From: Eutreptiella sp. 'Long Island Sound 2002'
Lineage: Eukaryota > Protista > Euglenida
Direction of reading: 5' to 3'
Assembly (NCBI GenBank): GCA_964036045.1
Contig: OZ038378.1
Location: 109,120,001 to 109,184,000, forward strand
DNA: 64,000 nucleotides
In this document: positions 25,770-38,671 of the stretch, in pieces
Layout: every line of letters begins with the position of its first letter
How positions within the stretch are numbered: the first letter of the stretch is position 1
Made by a program: the position numbers and the translations under genes
Notes under the pieces: generated by a model
Told to the model about the DNA's origin: nothing
The model's database searches: none
Seen by the model: the letters and a program-made list of their open reading frames with translations, nothing else

Positions 25770-27950
25770 TCAACCTCGTCTCTCCATTAGCCCCCTCGTC
25801 CTCTCCCATGGGCAAACAGAGTGATGCTGGCCATTACAACCGGACCCGGTAGAGCAGGGGCCATGCCAAACATAAACGGGCGGGTGCCTGGAGATTGCGG
25901 CATCCTCGATACGTGCACCTACGCTTTGACCCCTGCATGCTAAATAGAGTTGCCACCTCCGGTGCGGATGCATGACGTCTCCTCTGCTTCCGAAGGCTTC
26001 CAAGGATGACCAATATATTTTGACGTTACCGGTTCCCCCCCCCTCTTATATTCTCAACGGGCCTAAGAGTGGGAAGCAACGGAGGAGCGGGAGAGAGTCT
26101 CCTCTAGGTGGTTTCTGTTTGCCAAGTTTTCTTGTGTTGGCTTGCACGCAATTGAATCACTGCGCACATGAATATTCCGCGATTCGTCGATTTGTGTACC
26201 GACTTTGCATGGAGGCCCACTTGTAACCGCCACCGAAATACCTCCCGTTACTTTGAAATTGCGGGGAAGGCCGTGCTGGCCAAAGACGTGCACGGACAAG
26301 CCGGCCGCGAGCCACAAGCAGCCGCCATTTACCCCATGTCATGACGTACTAAGAGAACATCGTCGAGGTAATGCACCCACAAAATGTTAGGGGGTAACGC
26401 CCGCACCAGTAGGCGCGCCAATGCCTAATGGCAAATATATGGGCTACATTTCCAGCCAAGAAGGAAATATACCCAACCCAAGCCTCTGATCGGCGTGGGG
26501 GTCGTGGAGGTGGTGGGAAGATGGAAGGCCCCCCCCGGTGCTTGACGCTCTGCCCCAAGGTCCGCTGATATGCACCTAAAGATGGCCGCCAATGTGGAGG
26601 GGGGCGGGGGATTGGGTGGTGGACCCTCCCCAGGGCATCCCCCGGGCTCCCTGCCCCCCGTCTCAACCACGGCAATTCCCGTGGGGGAGGGGGGGGGGGG
26701 AGGGGGGGGGCGTCCAGCCACTGCCCATCCCTCCCTCGCATGACGGAGCCGCGCAAGCTGTGTGCCCCCTGTCCGCCTTCACGCGCTCCTAGACCTTGGG
26801 GCCTGTGACCTTGTCGTGATCTTGGGGCCTCGTGGACAACGGGAGAGTGCGAAAAAAATGGAAAAGGGGGGGTCCCGGTGTGGACTAGGATGTCGGATGG
26901 ACCCCCGTGATCTCCACCACCCGACCACTGGGGCTTGAACGCAGGCCAAGCACGGTCCTAGCTGATTCCAGGAGCACAAAAATCCAAAAGGCATTCTTTA
27001 AAGCAATGTGTGTTCCATACAACGGGGCCCCAGGGTACAACGTAACAAGCAGTTTACTCAAATGTTGCAACCACGGAAGCGAGAAACGAGGGGGGGGGGG
27101 GGACACCCGTCCAGCCCGTTCTGTTTAACACAGCTAAGTATTAAAAAAACCTTCTCGGACGTCTTGGGTTTAATGAACGGCGGGCACCTGGGGGGAAGCT
27201 CCTCCGAGAGGTCGTCCAGCCGCCACTGGCACTTCAGCAAAGCAACAAATTTCGTTACCTCATCCAAAACCCAGGAGGAAGCGGCCGGCCTATTGAAGCC
27301 CCGCGAATCCACCCACAGGGCCTCAACATCAAAACTCCTCAAGCCCCCCCCCCCCCCCCGTAGAACTCCTTTGGCACTGCCCGGTCCCAAATATCCTGGG
27401 GGATGATGTGGCTGCCCATTGGCCCCGGGCCATTGAGCAAGATATCTAAGTTAACCTTAGCCGTCCAAGGGACGGGGGAGGTCGTGACATGCAAGCCATG
27501 CCAATCCTCACACCTCAGGCGCCCCAACGCCTGAACCAAAACCAAGGCTGCCGCAGGGAGGCGAAAGTCCTCGGCCGTATGGAAGACACGGTCCATGACC
27601 AGGGTGAGCCTCTTCAGTAAAATCCAAGGCGCGCACCAGAGCTCTGCAGGATGCGAGCCGAAATGGGGGGTGTAAACCATTAAAAAGGCCAGGAACATAG
27701 AATCGCCCATCCTCACCTCCCCCCCTCGCACGGCTGAGGTTGTGTTACGGGGTCACAAGGGGGGTCGAATAAGCCGTCCACACCTGACAGCCAGCCGCAC
27801 ACAGGCAGCCAGGCTAAGGGACAACTCGCCCTCCGACTGCGGGAACACGGCGCCGATCGTGCGACGTTAGACTGGCTCGCCACTCCAATAGACCTAGCCA
27901 CACCGACCGCGCCGGCATGAAGCCCGTCCACTTCCGCTGAAGCACCCACC
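25770..27950 (-). mobile_element. Second, decayed DIRS-group (TATE/VIPER-like) RT fragment
   Basis: PFIKPKTSEKVFLI..N, LKNAFW, LGWKCSPYIC and VHYLDDV (~26350-26375), collinear with the RT of the 32.4-37.2 kb element. Confidence 0.7.
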
Positions 27951-28980
27951 GCGAGCGCGCGCTTGTAGGCGGATGGCAGTGCCCACCACTCCAGTGGCCC
28001 TGCCCCCCGTCCTCAAGCCATGCACCGGGCTTTTAGCGGGGCGACTCCCGGTTAAAACGCCATCCTGCTTTCGCCCATGCGCCCATGGAACGTAGATCTG
28101 AGTGCTGAGTGACGGGCTCGTGGTCTGAGGTTCAAGGCAGGTTTTCCGCCATTACCTCCCCATTGCACCCAAAGCTGTCACCGCAATGGATGGTAACAAA
28201 TCCCCGGTCCCCTGGGTGTGGGAGGGCGGGGGTGGGGGGTGGGGTGGTGGGGGGGGGGGGGGGGGGAGCAGGCAGAGGAGCATACCGGTGGCGCACGGGG
28301 CGCTAGTCCTACCGTGTGACGGCCCCCTAAGTCCGTTTTTTTTTGCGGGGGGGGGGGGGTCAAACAGGTCTTGACACCACGCTTAGGGGTGGAACGTAGT
28401 CGGGGGCCCAGCCTCAACCACTGCTATGCACATATTGGGAGACCATACCTACCCCACATGGTACCTGCCCCCACGAGCAATCGAAGAGGGCCCACAACCG
28501 CAGCGTCTTGGAACGTTGTCACATGGCACAGGCCCGTGCCGACGCTGTACCATCTTCCCCACCAAAAGAAGAACTGCATCCGGGAGTGGCGAGCATAACA
28601 CGCAGCGCTGCCACCCCTCCGCAGAGCTTGCCACCGACAACTCCTCCAAGGTGTCGGCCCCATGAACCTCTAGGAACTTGTGCCGCAGCCATGCATTGCC
28701 CCCAGCAGGATTGTGTATGAAGTTTCATGTCTGATGTCTGATGTGGCATATTGTGTTGCAATGTACACAACAAGATGTGTGATATATCTGATGTAGGTAT
28801 GATGCTGCGGGGAAGGGGGGAGGGGGGTTGGTGTCAAAATGGGTGTGCAAAAAGTTGATGCCCCCCCCCCGCCCCACACAAGAAAAAAATAAAAAAAAAC
28901 AGGGGTTGGGAAATATCAACCCTACATGGAAAAGCTGGAAAAAAACTAAACAACCACAATCCGGAAAAAGGCCCCGACAT

Positions 28981-30020
28981 GTCCCGATAGGTCTTTGTAT
29001 GTCCCCAAAGGTCCCCAAAGCTCCCCGCATGTACCCAAAGGGCCCAAGAGGTCCACAAGGGTCCCCATAGGGCCCCAAAGGTCTCCATAGGTCCCCAAAG
29101 GACCCCTAGGTCCCCATACGTCCCCATGGGCACCCATAACGTCCCTGTACCTCCCCATAGCCCCCCTAGGTCCCCATTGGTCCCCATGGGCCCCCATAGG
29201 TCCCCACAAAGTGTGTAGGTCACCAAAGGATCCCATAGGTAACCATAGGTCCCCTTAGGCTGCCTTGGGTCCCCATGGGTCCCCACAGGCCCCCATAGGT
29301 CCCCATAGGCCCCCATAGGCCCCCATAGGCCCCCATAGGTGCCAATGGGTCCCCAAACGTACCCATGGGTCCCCATAGGTCGCCATAGGTGGCAATAGGT
29401 CACCATTGGTGCCCAAAGGTACCCATAGGTGCCAATAGGTTCACATAGGTCCCCATAGCTCCCGATAGGCCCCCAAAAATCCCCTAGGTGCCCACAGGTG
29501 CCAATGGTTCCCCAAAGATCCCCATAGGTGCCCACGGGTCCCCATAGGTCCCCACAGATGCCCATAGGTCCCCATAGGTCCCCATAGGTTCCCATAGATG
29601 CCCATAGGTGCCCAAAGCAACATAGGTGCCAATGGTTCTCAAAACATCTCCACAGGTCCCCACAAGTCCCCATAGGTTCCCATAGGTGCCCATAGGTGCC
29701 CAAAACAGCATAGGTGCCAATGGTTCTCAAAAGATCCCCATAGGTTCCCATAGGTGCCCATAGGTGCCCAAAACAGCATAGGTGCCAATGGTTCTCAAAA
29801 GATCCCCATAGGTGCCCATAGGTCCACAGAGGTTGCCATAGGTGCCCATAGGTTCACATAGGTGCCCATAGGTCCCCAATGGTCCCCATAGGTGTCAATA
29901 GGTCCGCATAGGCCCCGATAGGTCCTCAAAGTTCCACGTGGGTCCCCATAGATCCCCAATGGTCCCCATAGGTTCCCAGAGGTCTCCAAAGGACCCTATA
30001 GGTCCCCATAGGTCCCCAAA
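28981..30020. repeat. Tandem satellite of 10-bp unit GGTCCCCATA with variants
   Basis: Read directly. Confidence 0.95.
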
Positions 30021-30365
30021 GGGCACGCGATGATTCCTAGGGGGTCTACACCCCCCTAGGAATCATCGCGTGCCCTCTACACTAGTTTAGAGGGCACACC
30101 ATGATTCCTAGAGGGGGCCTAAATCCCCCTAGGAATCATCGTGTGCCCTCTAGACTAGGCTAGAGGGGGCGTGATCATTCCTAGGAGGGTCTACACCACC
30201 CTAGAAAACATTGCGTGCCCTCTAGACTAGAGTGCATCGTGTGGGCCTTAATCATTGTGTGCCCTCTAGTATAGAGGGAGTCGTGTGGGCCCGATACTAG
30301 TGTAGAGGGCACGGGATGATGCGCAGGGGGGTCTACTACCCCCTAGGAATCATCGTGTGCCCTCT
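30021..30365. repeat. Array of ~70-75-bp hairpin units; the first has a perfect 24-bp stem (30021-30044 / 30052-30075)
   Basis: GGGCACGCGATGATTCCTAGGGGG followed by its exact reverse complement after a 7-nt loop; degenerate repeats follow. Confidence 0.9.
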
Positions 30366-32440
30366 ACACTAGTCTAGAGGGCACGCCTACACAAGCGCAT
30401 CGCGCAGGCGGCGTCCCGGAAGGGCTTTCGGCCGTATTTGTCCCCCGAGGGGCTATGCGTCCTGGTGGAGAGAGTTGGCGTGCACCCTTGAGCATTGTTG
30501 ATGGTGTGTGTGGTTGTCCTCCTATGGCTCAGAGTTGGCGAGGTGTCTTCCCTATGCCTGGCGCATGTGTCTTTGCCTTTGTGGATGTAATTGTGAAATT
30601 CCAAATGAGGAGAGGAGGGTTGGCGGTCTAGGCCCCTCTCGCCGTGGACAGATGCGTTTGAAGAAGCCTTGTCCAGTGGGGCAAGGCCAAGGGCCTGCGA
30701 GCGAGTCACCACTTTTTTCTTGGGGCGGCCACGATTGTGTATAGAGACCGAATTGGCCATGAGACATCAAACCTCAAACCTTTGTGGACCGACATGACCC
30801 AAACCATAAACCCCCCCCACCCCCCTTGTGATGTAGTACATCCCCCGCCCAATGGAAGATGCCCCCCGCCCCCCTCTGGCCCTTCCCCAGTCCTACCACC
30901 CCAACCATGAGTGCTTTACAACAGCATGAGGTATGGAAAATGATTCGGAAAAGACCCCCCGCTTGGTGCTATGTATCTTTGTTTGTAAGAAATATGGAAA
31001 TTGCACGCACTCACTACACTCTTCGAGGTGTAGACTTTTCGTTATGTGGCCTCAACCCTAGTGTTGTAGGGCCATCAGACACCATTGCACCGTAAACCAA
31101 CAGATTTGGCGCATGTATAGGCATATGTGCTCCCACACACAGACACACACACACACACACATACGCACACGCACACGCACAAACACTTTGACATTGGGTG
31201 AAGGAAGGGTGGCCTAGGAACCCCCCTCCAAATGACATGGTAGTGCACCGGGGGTGTTTTGGGGGTCAAAATAAGCGTATAGGAACTATCAGGACCCCGG
31301 TTTGGGACCAAGGGAGTCAACTTTTTTCGGGCAGGAACCCCGCTAGGAACCCCTTCCTAGACCCTTCCTGCACCCTTCCTGGATAGACCCCTTCCTGGCC
31401 AGGAACCCCCCTTCCTATGGCCCTTCCTGCCCCTCAAAGGCAGCCCGGTTTTCGCAAAGTGTGCCTGTCCCTTCGCTTGGGATTGGATGGCGGCCGTCAC
31501 AAGCCCGGCCCGTACACGTGGTTGCTCCCTTCCGGAGGGGCAAACGTTCCACGACACGGCCATCGCAACCAACTCCGCCGTGACTTGGCCGCCGGGCACG
31601 AGCATCGGCCAGGTGCGCATCACCAAGTCCAACCTCCGCAACAGGGACCCCTGTGGTCTCTCAGACCTCATTGCAGAGACGGTGCGCCGCAACCCCAAGA
31701 TCACCGCTTTCCACGTGCCGCCCAGCGGAGCAGACTACTCCTCCTTGCTAGAGTCCCTGTCCACCCACCTGCCCAGCGACCACGCCCGGATCCATAGCCA
31801 TTACATGGCTGCCCACCCTGTGGATGCCGAGCCGCCCACCACCCTCTGCTTCGCTTCCACGAAGCCCCAGCCTGCCACTTTCGCCAAGGAGGGGTGGCAC
31901 AAGGACGCAGCCAAGCGGAAGCTCTTCCTCTTCGATCCGCGGCAGTCCCCTGAGGAGACCCTACCCATCTACTCGCTCTCCAATCGCTCAGCGTGGGAAT
32001 GGGACGGCGACGGCCCCGGGCTCACCATGCCGAGTGTGTATGCGGCCAGCGGGCCACTTGCCCTCCACGTCACCTCCACGCCGCTGTTTGTCGCGCACGA
32101 GGATCCCCTGTTGGAGCTGCCAGGTGACTGTCCCACTGCCGTGAACAGCAACCCAAGTCAGCGGGCCAGCCTGCAGCACTTGTTCATCCGGAGTTTTTTT
32201 GCGGAGTATGAGGTGCAGGAGGCGCACAAGGAGGCACTGGCGATCGCCGAGGAGCGTTGGGCCCGGATCTTCAACCACAACCGCCCAGTTGCTGGCCGAG
32301 CTCAGGACCCGCCGGACCGCCAGATGGTGTGCGGGAAGCCGGAGGACATGTCCAAGCATCCGGATGGGGAGGAACACATCCAGCTCTGGGACCTGCCGCG
32401 CCTGTCGGCCATGGTGACGCGGGTGAAGGCCAAGTTTTAC

Positions 32441-32486
32441 GAACAAAAAAAAACACAATTCAGGCATATTGTGGTTCCTCGCTGCT
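32441..32486. repeat. Repeat B2 (46 bp; 3 mismatches versus B1 at 32672-32717)
   Basis: Manual alignment. Confidence 0.95.
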
Positions 32487-32581
32487 GTACCATACACCAC
32501 AAAGGCGCTATGACGCCATAGATACACATGTTGTTCAAAGGGTGGGAGGGCGGGCCTCCTGTCATTCCGGGCGGGCGGGCG

Positions 32582-32667
32582 ATCTTCCCCAGGCAAATTT
32601 TACAAAAAAAATATGGAACAAATAAGACAGATACATAAAACCTCAGTTAGCAAAGCTAACAGTCGTT
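32582..32667. repeat. Repeat A2 (86 bp; 6 mismatches versus A1 at 37066-37151)
   Basis: Manual alignment. Confidence 0.95.
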
Positions 32668-32782
32668 TTAAGAACAAAGCAAAACACAATTGAGGCATAT
32701 TGTGGTTCCTCGCTGCTTATTTTTGTTCACTACCGCACAGGCTTAATCCGAGCACCTCAAATGGCCCTGTCCACAAAAAAAA

Positions 32783-34867
32783 TCAGGATAGAGGGTCAGC
32801 CGAACCCATTGCCGCTGTATCCAGGTTACAGGCTACCCCCCGACGTCCTTTAGGGAAACCCAAATCCCATACTGGGGAGGGAACCCTAGGGAACGACTGC
32901 AAAGCCATGTGGCGGTCTGCAGTCCCCGCATAGGCATCCTGCATCCGCCCCTTGCACTCCGAGTCTATCCTAGAGACGCTGTCAGCCGGGTTCAGATCCC
33001 CCGGAAAATATTCCAGATACACCGAGCCCTCTAGGCGTTGGATCAAATAAGACAACCTGCGCAGGTGCCTATTTTGGCGTCGCAGGCCTCCACTGGTCCT
33101 AAGGGAAGCTACCTGCTCCAAAGCTGAGGAATCATCCCCTATCAGACGCCACACAAGCCAGCCCACCCTGATGCAGAGCCGGACCCCACGCACCGGGGCT
33201 TCGAGCTCGGCCTCTTGCTGAGTCCCGACCCCCGGGGAGCAGGGGAAAACTCGGCCCCTCAAGGTCGGACCCCAAACACCAACTTTAAATTTGTTAACAT
33301 CAAAGGCGGCATCCACATACAGGACCCCCCCACACACACAAATGTTAAGGGGAAGCAATACCTGCAGTTTCCAAGCCGTATAGGAAAGCAAGAGGCAGTG
33401 CAGGAGGCTCTGGACCAAGGACAGGGGGCAATTTTGAAGCCAGTTTGGCCCCCACTGACAGTGGGCCCACCAGTCACTTAAAAAAGGGGCGAACCCAACC
33501 GTCGGGCGCAGGCTCCAAATAAAATGTCCCAAGATACGACGGGCGTGCTTGCGTGTAAGGGGCAGCACCACAGCCCGAATCCAGAGACCAAGTAAAGCAG
33601 CCCCGCCCCTGCCCCTTTTGGGAAGACCCCCGCCCCATCCCCCGAGAGCACCAGCCATTCACCAAACCACTGAATCCCAGGGACCGGCTCAAGGACACTC
33701 TTGGTGCTAATGACAGCCCCCTCCTGGCGCAGAGCATCGCACAGGCGCTGTGACACCGATGCCACCCCGGCTTTTCTATAGCCAATGACCGAAAATCGTC
33801 CAAATAGTGCAACACCAGGACACCACTGGTGTCCAAGGAAACCGTCACAAAAGCCAGTACATATTGGCATATCACTGGCGAAAAACGCCAACCAAAAGGT
33901 AGGCAGGAAAAGGCGTAGGATTTTCCGTCGATGCGCACTCTAAAGCTATTTTTATAAGGCTCTGGCAAAGTCAATGACCAAAAGGCATTGGTGAGGTCCA
34001 TGTGACAGGCCAAGAGGGGGGCACCCGGTTCCGCTCAAAGACGTAAGCTCTCAAGCTCACGCAGGAAGGGGTCGTTCAGGTGGTCCAGACAGCGGGACCC
34101 CAGCGAAAGCCTCGAGAGGCCCATGCTGTGGGCCTGTATAAGAAAGGCAAGGTCCTCAACCAAAGGCAAGCTAAAACGTGGCGGGCGAAACTGGTGGCAC
34201 TTATTGAGGCGCACCAAATGCACAATCATGGAGGCCTTCACGGCGTTTTTGGGGATGGGGAACAGGTAGCCATTGGGCCCCCGGTGACCCCCCCCCCTTC
34301 AGCACACTGCCGGAGGATCCCACCCCTGACCAAAGCACGCGCCATAATGAGGCCCTCAAGGGAGATCTCTGGCATCTCCCCCAAATCACGTTCCGTCACT
34401 TCCTGAAAATCGAGCGGGGCAAGGAAATCCCACAAAAACTCGGGAATGGGGATGTTCCCCACCTGTCCTAATCCCCTATCCCACACAGAAGGGTCGAGGC
34501 TTAGGAGGAGGGCGACCGGGCAGGTAGAATCCCGTAGCACACAGGACCACACATCCCCTCGCAGGGAGTCTAAGGCTGTGATTAGCTGATCATCCACGTC
34601 TACCATACCCAGGTCCCTGGCTACCCTCCCCCCCTGGATGAACAAAAAACGGATTTGCAGGTGCAACAGGTCTCGTAGGCCCCCACTCAGTCTGAGGCCC
34701 GTGGAAATTTCGTCCAGCCACCCGTGTCCTCGTTCTGATCGGATCAGTCTCTCCACAGCCCTCTCTCGGAGGCATTCAACGTTTACCGGCGCCGCCGGCT
34801 GCACGTCGGGCCAGCGCTGCCAGGTGCCGATCCGAGACCCGCCGTGGTTCGGGGCCGTGTCCTCCAT
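32783..34867 (-). pseudogene. Reverse transcriptase - RNase H (ORF3), frameshifted
   Basis: IPKNAVKASMIVHLVRLN, DLTNAFW, LPFGWRFSP, HYLDDF, YVDAA, QQEAEL and PGDLNPADSVSR. Confidence 0.9.
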
Positions 34868-35208
34868 GTTGTGAAACCCCGGGGCCTTCCTTGGAACCGT
34901 CCACCACCTCGAGGCTGTCCTGGGCTTTGTGCCCCTCCACTGGCGTCATGCTGTCTCGCGGGACCCATCTCCACGTCCTGGTCCTCATCAACGTCGATGG
35001 GACTCTCCTTGGAAGTAGCCGGCGTTGTTGGTTTTTCGCTGTGAGCCCTACCCCGTGTCGGTATCGGGTCCATGGACCTCGTACCCCCGGGAGGCTCCAC
35101 TTGTGGTGGGCCCCCCGCTCCTGCAACTCCTTTCGATACCGTACGCCGGAATTTGCGGCTTCCTTGCTCTCGGCGACTTTCGATGACCGCCCGCACCGCG
35201 GAGGCTCT

Positions 35209-36120
35209 TTAGGCTGCGTCCGCTCGTCTCCAGGCATGCCACCTGGCCTCTGATCTGTCGGTCGCCTGCAAGAGCTTGGCCATACCCATCTCGAGATCTA
35301 CCGCCCGTCCCAATGCTGGCGCGTCACCGGGTGCGATCCTGCGGAGCCACGTAGCCCAGACCGGCGAGTACGGCCCCAGTCGTCGTGTGATCTGGCGATG
35401 GTCTCGCTTGATCCCCTGGTACGTGATTCCCACCTTGGAGATGTTCAACCGGCGGAGGGACAAAATTTCACCCACTCTGCACAGCGTGGCGAAGGATAGG
35501 ACCGCTGCGGCATAGATTTTCCACTCCCCCGCCCTGGAGCACGATTCGGCCATGAGCTAGAGCAAGTCGGGCCCTCCGAACTGTCGTTGTCCCAGGGAAT
35601 CCACTGCCGCCTTGGAAATTCTCCACAGCCTGTCCCATTGCAGCAGGGGGATCCACCCCAAGGTAGCCACTGCTTTGAGGGCGGATATGCATCCTCTGGC
35701 CGCCGCTGCCTTCTGTCCCTGTGCAAACATGGAGAGCAGAACCTTTTCCGCCAACGCTTGCATGTCCTTCGGCTGGACAGTGCCCTCGAAGTGGGCGAAT
35801 CGTCGAAGGTGGCTCGTATAGGTCCTTCGTGTCGCTGGCCACCATGTTGAAACCAAACAAGCCGCTGGGCACTCCGTGGGGTGGGTCTCACCCAGGATTT
35901 GCCATGCCTCCACCAGCGCCGGCCATTCGATGACGTCCTGGGAAGCCACAGGGGTGGGTGCCAGCGCAGCCCCCCCCCCCCCCCCCCCCCCCCCCCACGA
36001 AAGCGGTCCAGCCGTTGTAGCATTGATGTCGCGTCCACCGGCTGGGCCGCCAAGTCCCGTCACTCCAGTCTGGGGCAGTTCCATACCAAGTGCCTCTCGA
36101 TGAGCCCATGGCCTTTGCAC
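35209..36120 (-). pseudogene. Tyrosine recombinase (ORF2), interrupted
   Basis: ATRRTY, LCRVGE (R), GIKRD (K) and WHAWRR (HxxR). In-frame TAG at 35557. The catalytic Tyr region is disrupted. Confidence 0.85.
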
Positions 36121-37055
36121 GTTTTACAGGGTCCCACTGGGGCAGAGTCCGACCGCACCCACTTTCCTTTATGGACCTCGAAGTACTCAGTCCCATCAAC
36201 CATTTTGAAACCGCGTCGCATAACCTTTTTAAGGAGTGCCCCCGCCGTAGTCAGGCCTGAGGTAAAGTCCGGATCCGCTGAGGCCTGCTTTGATGAAGTG
36301 GACTCTGACCACACCAGCAACCATAAGGACTCCGCCATGAGCACCGCAGAACTATTCAAGGACAACACCGGGGGGGGTGTGCCTGAGCTGTCATCCATGG
36401 GGGCGTCCCCTGCCGGATCTCTAGCCCCCACCACCTCAGTCCATACCGCGGTGTCTTTCTTCTGGTCGTCCGAGAGGCTGAAAAGGAGGGGCTTCTGCGC
36501 CTCGTCATCCCACTTGGGTGTCATTCTCATGGCATCCAGCGGCAGGGCCTCCTTCAGAATCGCGCATTTGAGGTAGTACAGGACTCTGGTGACCCACTGC
36601 GGGTGGTTCCATACCAAGGCCAGTTCATGCAGCTCCCTGAGGCACAGGGGTGGCAGAGACCTTTCCGACCGTGTGGGGGCTTCCGATAAACTGTTGACCT
36701 TCTCCGTCAGGGACTTGATGAGGGCAGCCTGTCCCTCTAACAAGCTCATCAGGGCGGGATCCGAAGTCCTGTTGACAGTGTCTGGCTGCACTTTGATTTT
36801 CTCAAAAGCCCCTGTGGTCATGTTTATTTGGACCTGCTCTGTCAACGTGTAGCCAATCGGATTCTCAATGAGCGCTTCCTCTGTCCCTCCAAATCCTGAG
36901 GCACCGGCAAATGTCTGGAGCCATTGCGAACGCGAATCCCCCAGATGGCGAAGGGACTTGGTTAACCGCATTTCTGCCTTTGCCCAAGACGCTGCTGGGG
37001 TTCCCTCTCGCAAAGAGTCGTGCACTCCGGCCGAGAGGTAATCCTGAAATTCCAT
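36060..37055 (-). CDS. gag-like ORF1 of the YR retrotransposon, with C-terminal CCHC knuckle
   Basis: Uninterrupted 331-aa ORF starting just after repeat A1; CKTCKGHGLIERHLVWNC. Confidence 0.75.
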   Translation of the reverse strand: MEFQDYLSAGVHDSLREGTPAASWAKAEMRLTKSLRHLGDSRSQWLQTFAGASGFGGTEEALIENPIGYTLTEQVQINMTTGAFEKIKVQPDTVNRTSDPALMSLLEGQAALIKSLTEKVNSLSEAPTRSERSLPPLCLRELHELALVWNHPQWVTRVLYYLKCAILKEALPLDAMRMTPKWDDEAQKPLLFSLSDDQKKDTAVWTEVVGARDPAGDAPMDDSSGTPPPVLSLNSSAVLMAESLWLLVWSESTSSKQASADPDFTSGLTTAGALLKKVMRRGFKMVDGTEYFEVHKGKWVRSDSAPVGPCKTCKGHGLIERHLVWNCPRLE

Positions 37056-38124
37056 GCATTATGCCATCTTCCCCAGGCAAATTTTACAAAAACAATCAGG
37101 GACAAATAAGACAGATACATAAAACCCTAGTTAGCAAAGCTAACAGTCGTTGGAGGCAATCTTGGGCAAGACGCTGCACGTCATGACACAAGGGTACATC
37201 GAGCCCAACACCCACGTTCGACAACTGCCGCACCGAGATTTCCCAGCAGCGTCACTTCCTGTGGATGGCATCGGCCTCTCCGTTTTCTGGCCAATGTCAA
37301 TGGATATCCCTGATGATGAGATTTGCGCACAGTTCGTCGCCATGTCTGCCCGTGCCTTCCCTCGGCCTTGGATCATCCACGGCATGCCAATGAGAAGGGG
37401 TTCCCTGTGGGTGATCTGCTCAACGGTGGTGCATGAAGGAGGCGGCCTGCCATTGGCTGCGGAACCGGGGTCCCGCCGTATTATTGGGTTATGTGGGCTG
37501 CCGACGCACACCGTATCCTACGCCACCACCCACGCCATCACGCCCCCGTTCTGCGCGCACTAGGCCGCTGTCAGTTGTGGAGTCCACGGATGCCGCCGGA
37601 AGCCGACAAGTGAGAAGTGCTTTGGGTGTGGAGTCGTAGTCCTTTGCCGCAATCACACGGGGATCGAGTGCAGTAAGTGCGACACCGAAGCAGTAGCAGC
37701 AGCAGCATCCGATCCGGGGAGTGCCGAGGCCGTTGATCCAAGTCGTGTCCCGGCCCTGCAGCACATGGTGACCTGTTTCATTCCATCGGATGGGACGACG
37801 CTTTACACCGGGCATTACGAGGCAGCGCCGGCACCACATGTGATTCCCGCTAACACAAACCCCAAGCCGAAGCACTGCCCACTGGCGGGGCATGCACAGG
37901 AGAGCGAGTGGCTGCCTTGGCCAAGATCGGAACACCACACCTTGTTGGTTACGCCGCCTGGGAGCATTCTGGTGGTGGTGAACGGCCGCTTTGGAGGATT
38001 CACCCGGGGTACCGAGGAGAGCAGTGACGTTTTGGTGTACCGGATGGAGATGGCACCACCCGAGCTCAGACCCGTGGACCCGAGCTCGTTGATGGCCGCC
38101 GGGGCGATCGTTCACAACACCAAG

Positions 38125-38671
38125 GTGGCACAGGAGCAGGCCCTTTAGTGTGCATGCCAGCAGGTTGACACTCTGTCCCCTTTGAATCGCAGGGCCTTTG
38201 GTTGGAGGGGTTCACAATGCAATGGGGCAAATATATGGTCCGGACTGCTTGCCAAGGGTCAGCGGCAGTGGCAATGCAAGGGGAGGGTTGTTTGAGGGTT
38301 TGAACTGGGCACACTGTGTGGGTTGTGGCATGTGCATGTCACTTAGGAACCCCCCCCCCCTTCCTGCACAGGAACTGTCCCACGAACCCCCCACGAACCC
38401 CCATCCTGCACAGGAACCCCCCCCCCCCCTGCTGCACAGGAACCATCCCAGAAACCCCCTAGGAACCCCCTTCCTGCACAGGAACCATCCCCCTTCCTGC
38501 ATAGGAACCTCCCCCCCTTCCTGCACAGGAACCCCCCTTCCTGGACCCCTTCCTAGACCCTTCCTGGACCCTTCTTGCACACGAACCCCCCCCCCCTTCT
38601 GCGCAAGAACGCCCTTCTTGGACCACTTCTTGTTCCCTCTCGTCGCTGGCATTTCCCGTACTTCTCTTCAG
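38125..38671 (+). other. Predicted GT-AG intron containing an AGGAACCCCC/TTCCTGC array (~38343-38620)
   Basis: AAG|GTGGCA donor and CTTCTCTTCAG| acceptor; phase 0 restores the reading frame. Confidence 0.6.

Larger units (their letters stand above)
32441..37152 (-). mobile_element. Tyrosine-recombinase retrotransposon (DIRS group, VIPER/TATE-like gene order gag-YR-RT-RH) with split direct repeats
   Basis: Repeats A1 37066-37151 / A2 32582-32667 and B1 32672-32717 / B2 32441-32486. YR, RT (YLDD) and RNase H motifs present. No TSD. Confidence 0.9.

Noticed and set aside
28834-29751. 305-aa GTYGDLWGP repeat protein
   Set aside because: It is the translation of the 10-bp satellite.
28981-30365. 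CRISPR-like array
   Set aside because: Units are contiguous degenerate repeats without unique spacers, no cas genes are present, and the context is eukaryotic.
31173-31183. 5-bp TSD of the RAG-like element
   Set aside because: Left flanks (ACAAA or ACACG) do not match the right flank GGGGT.
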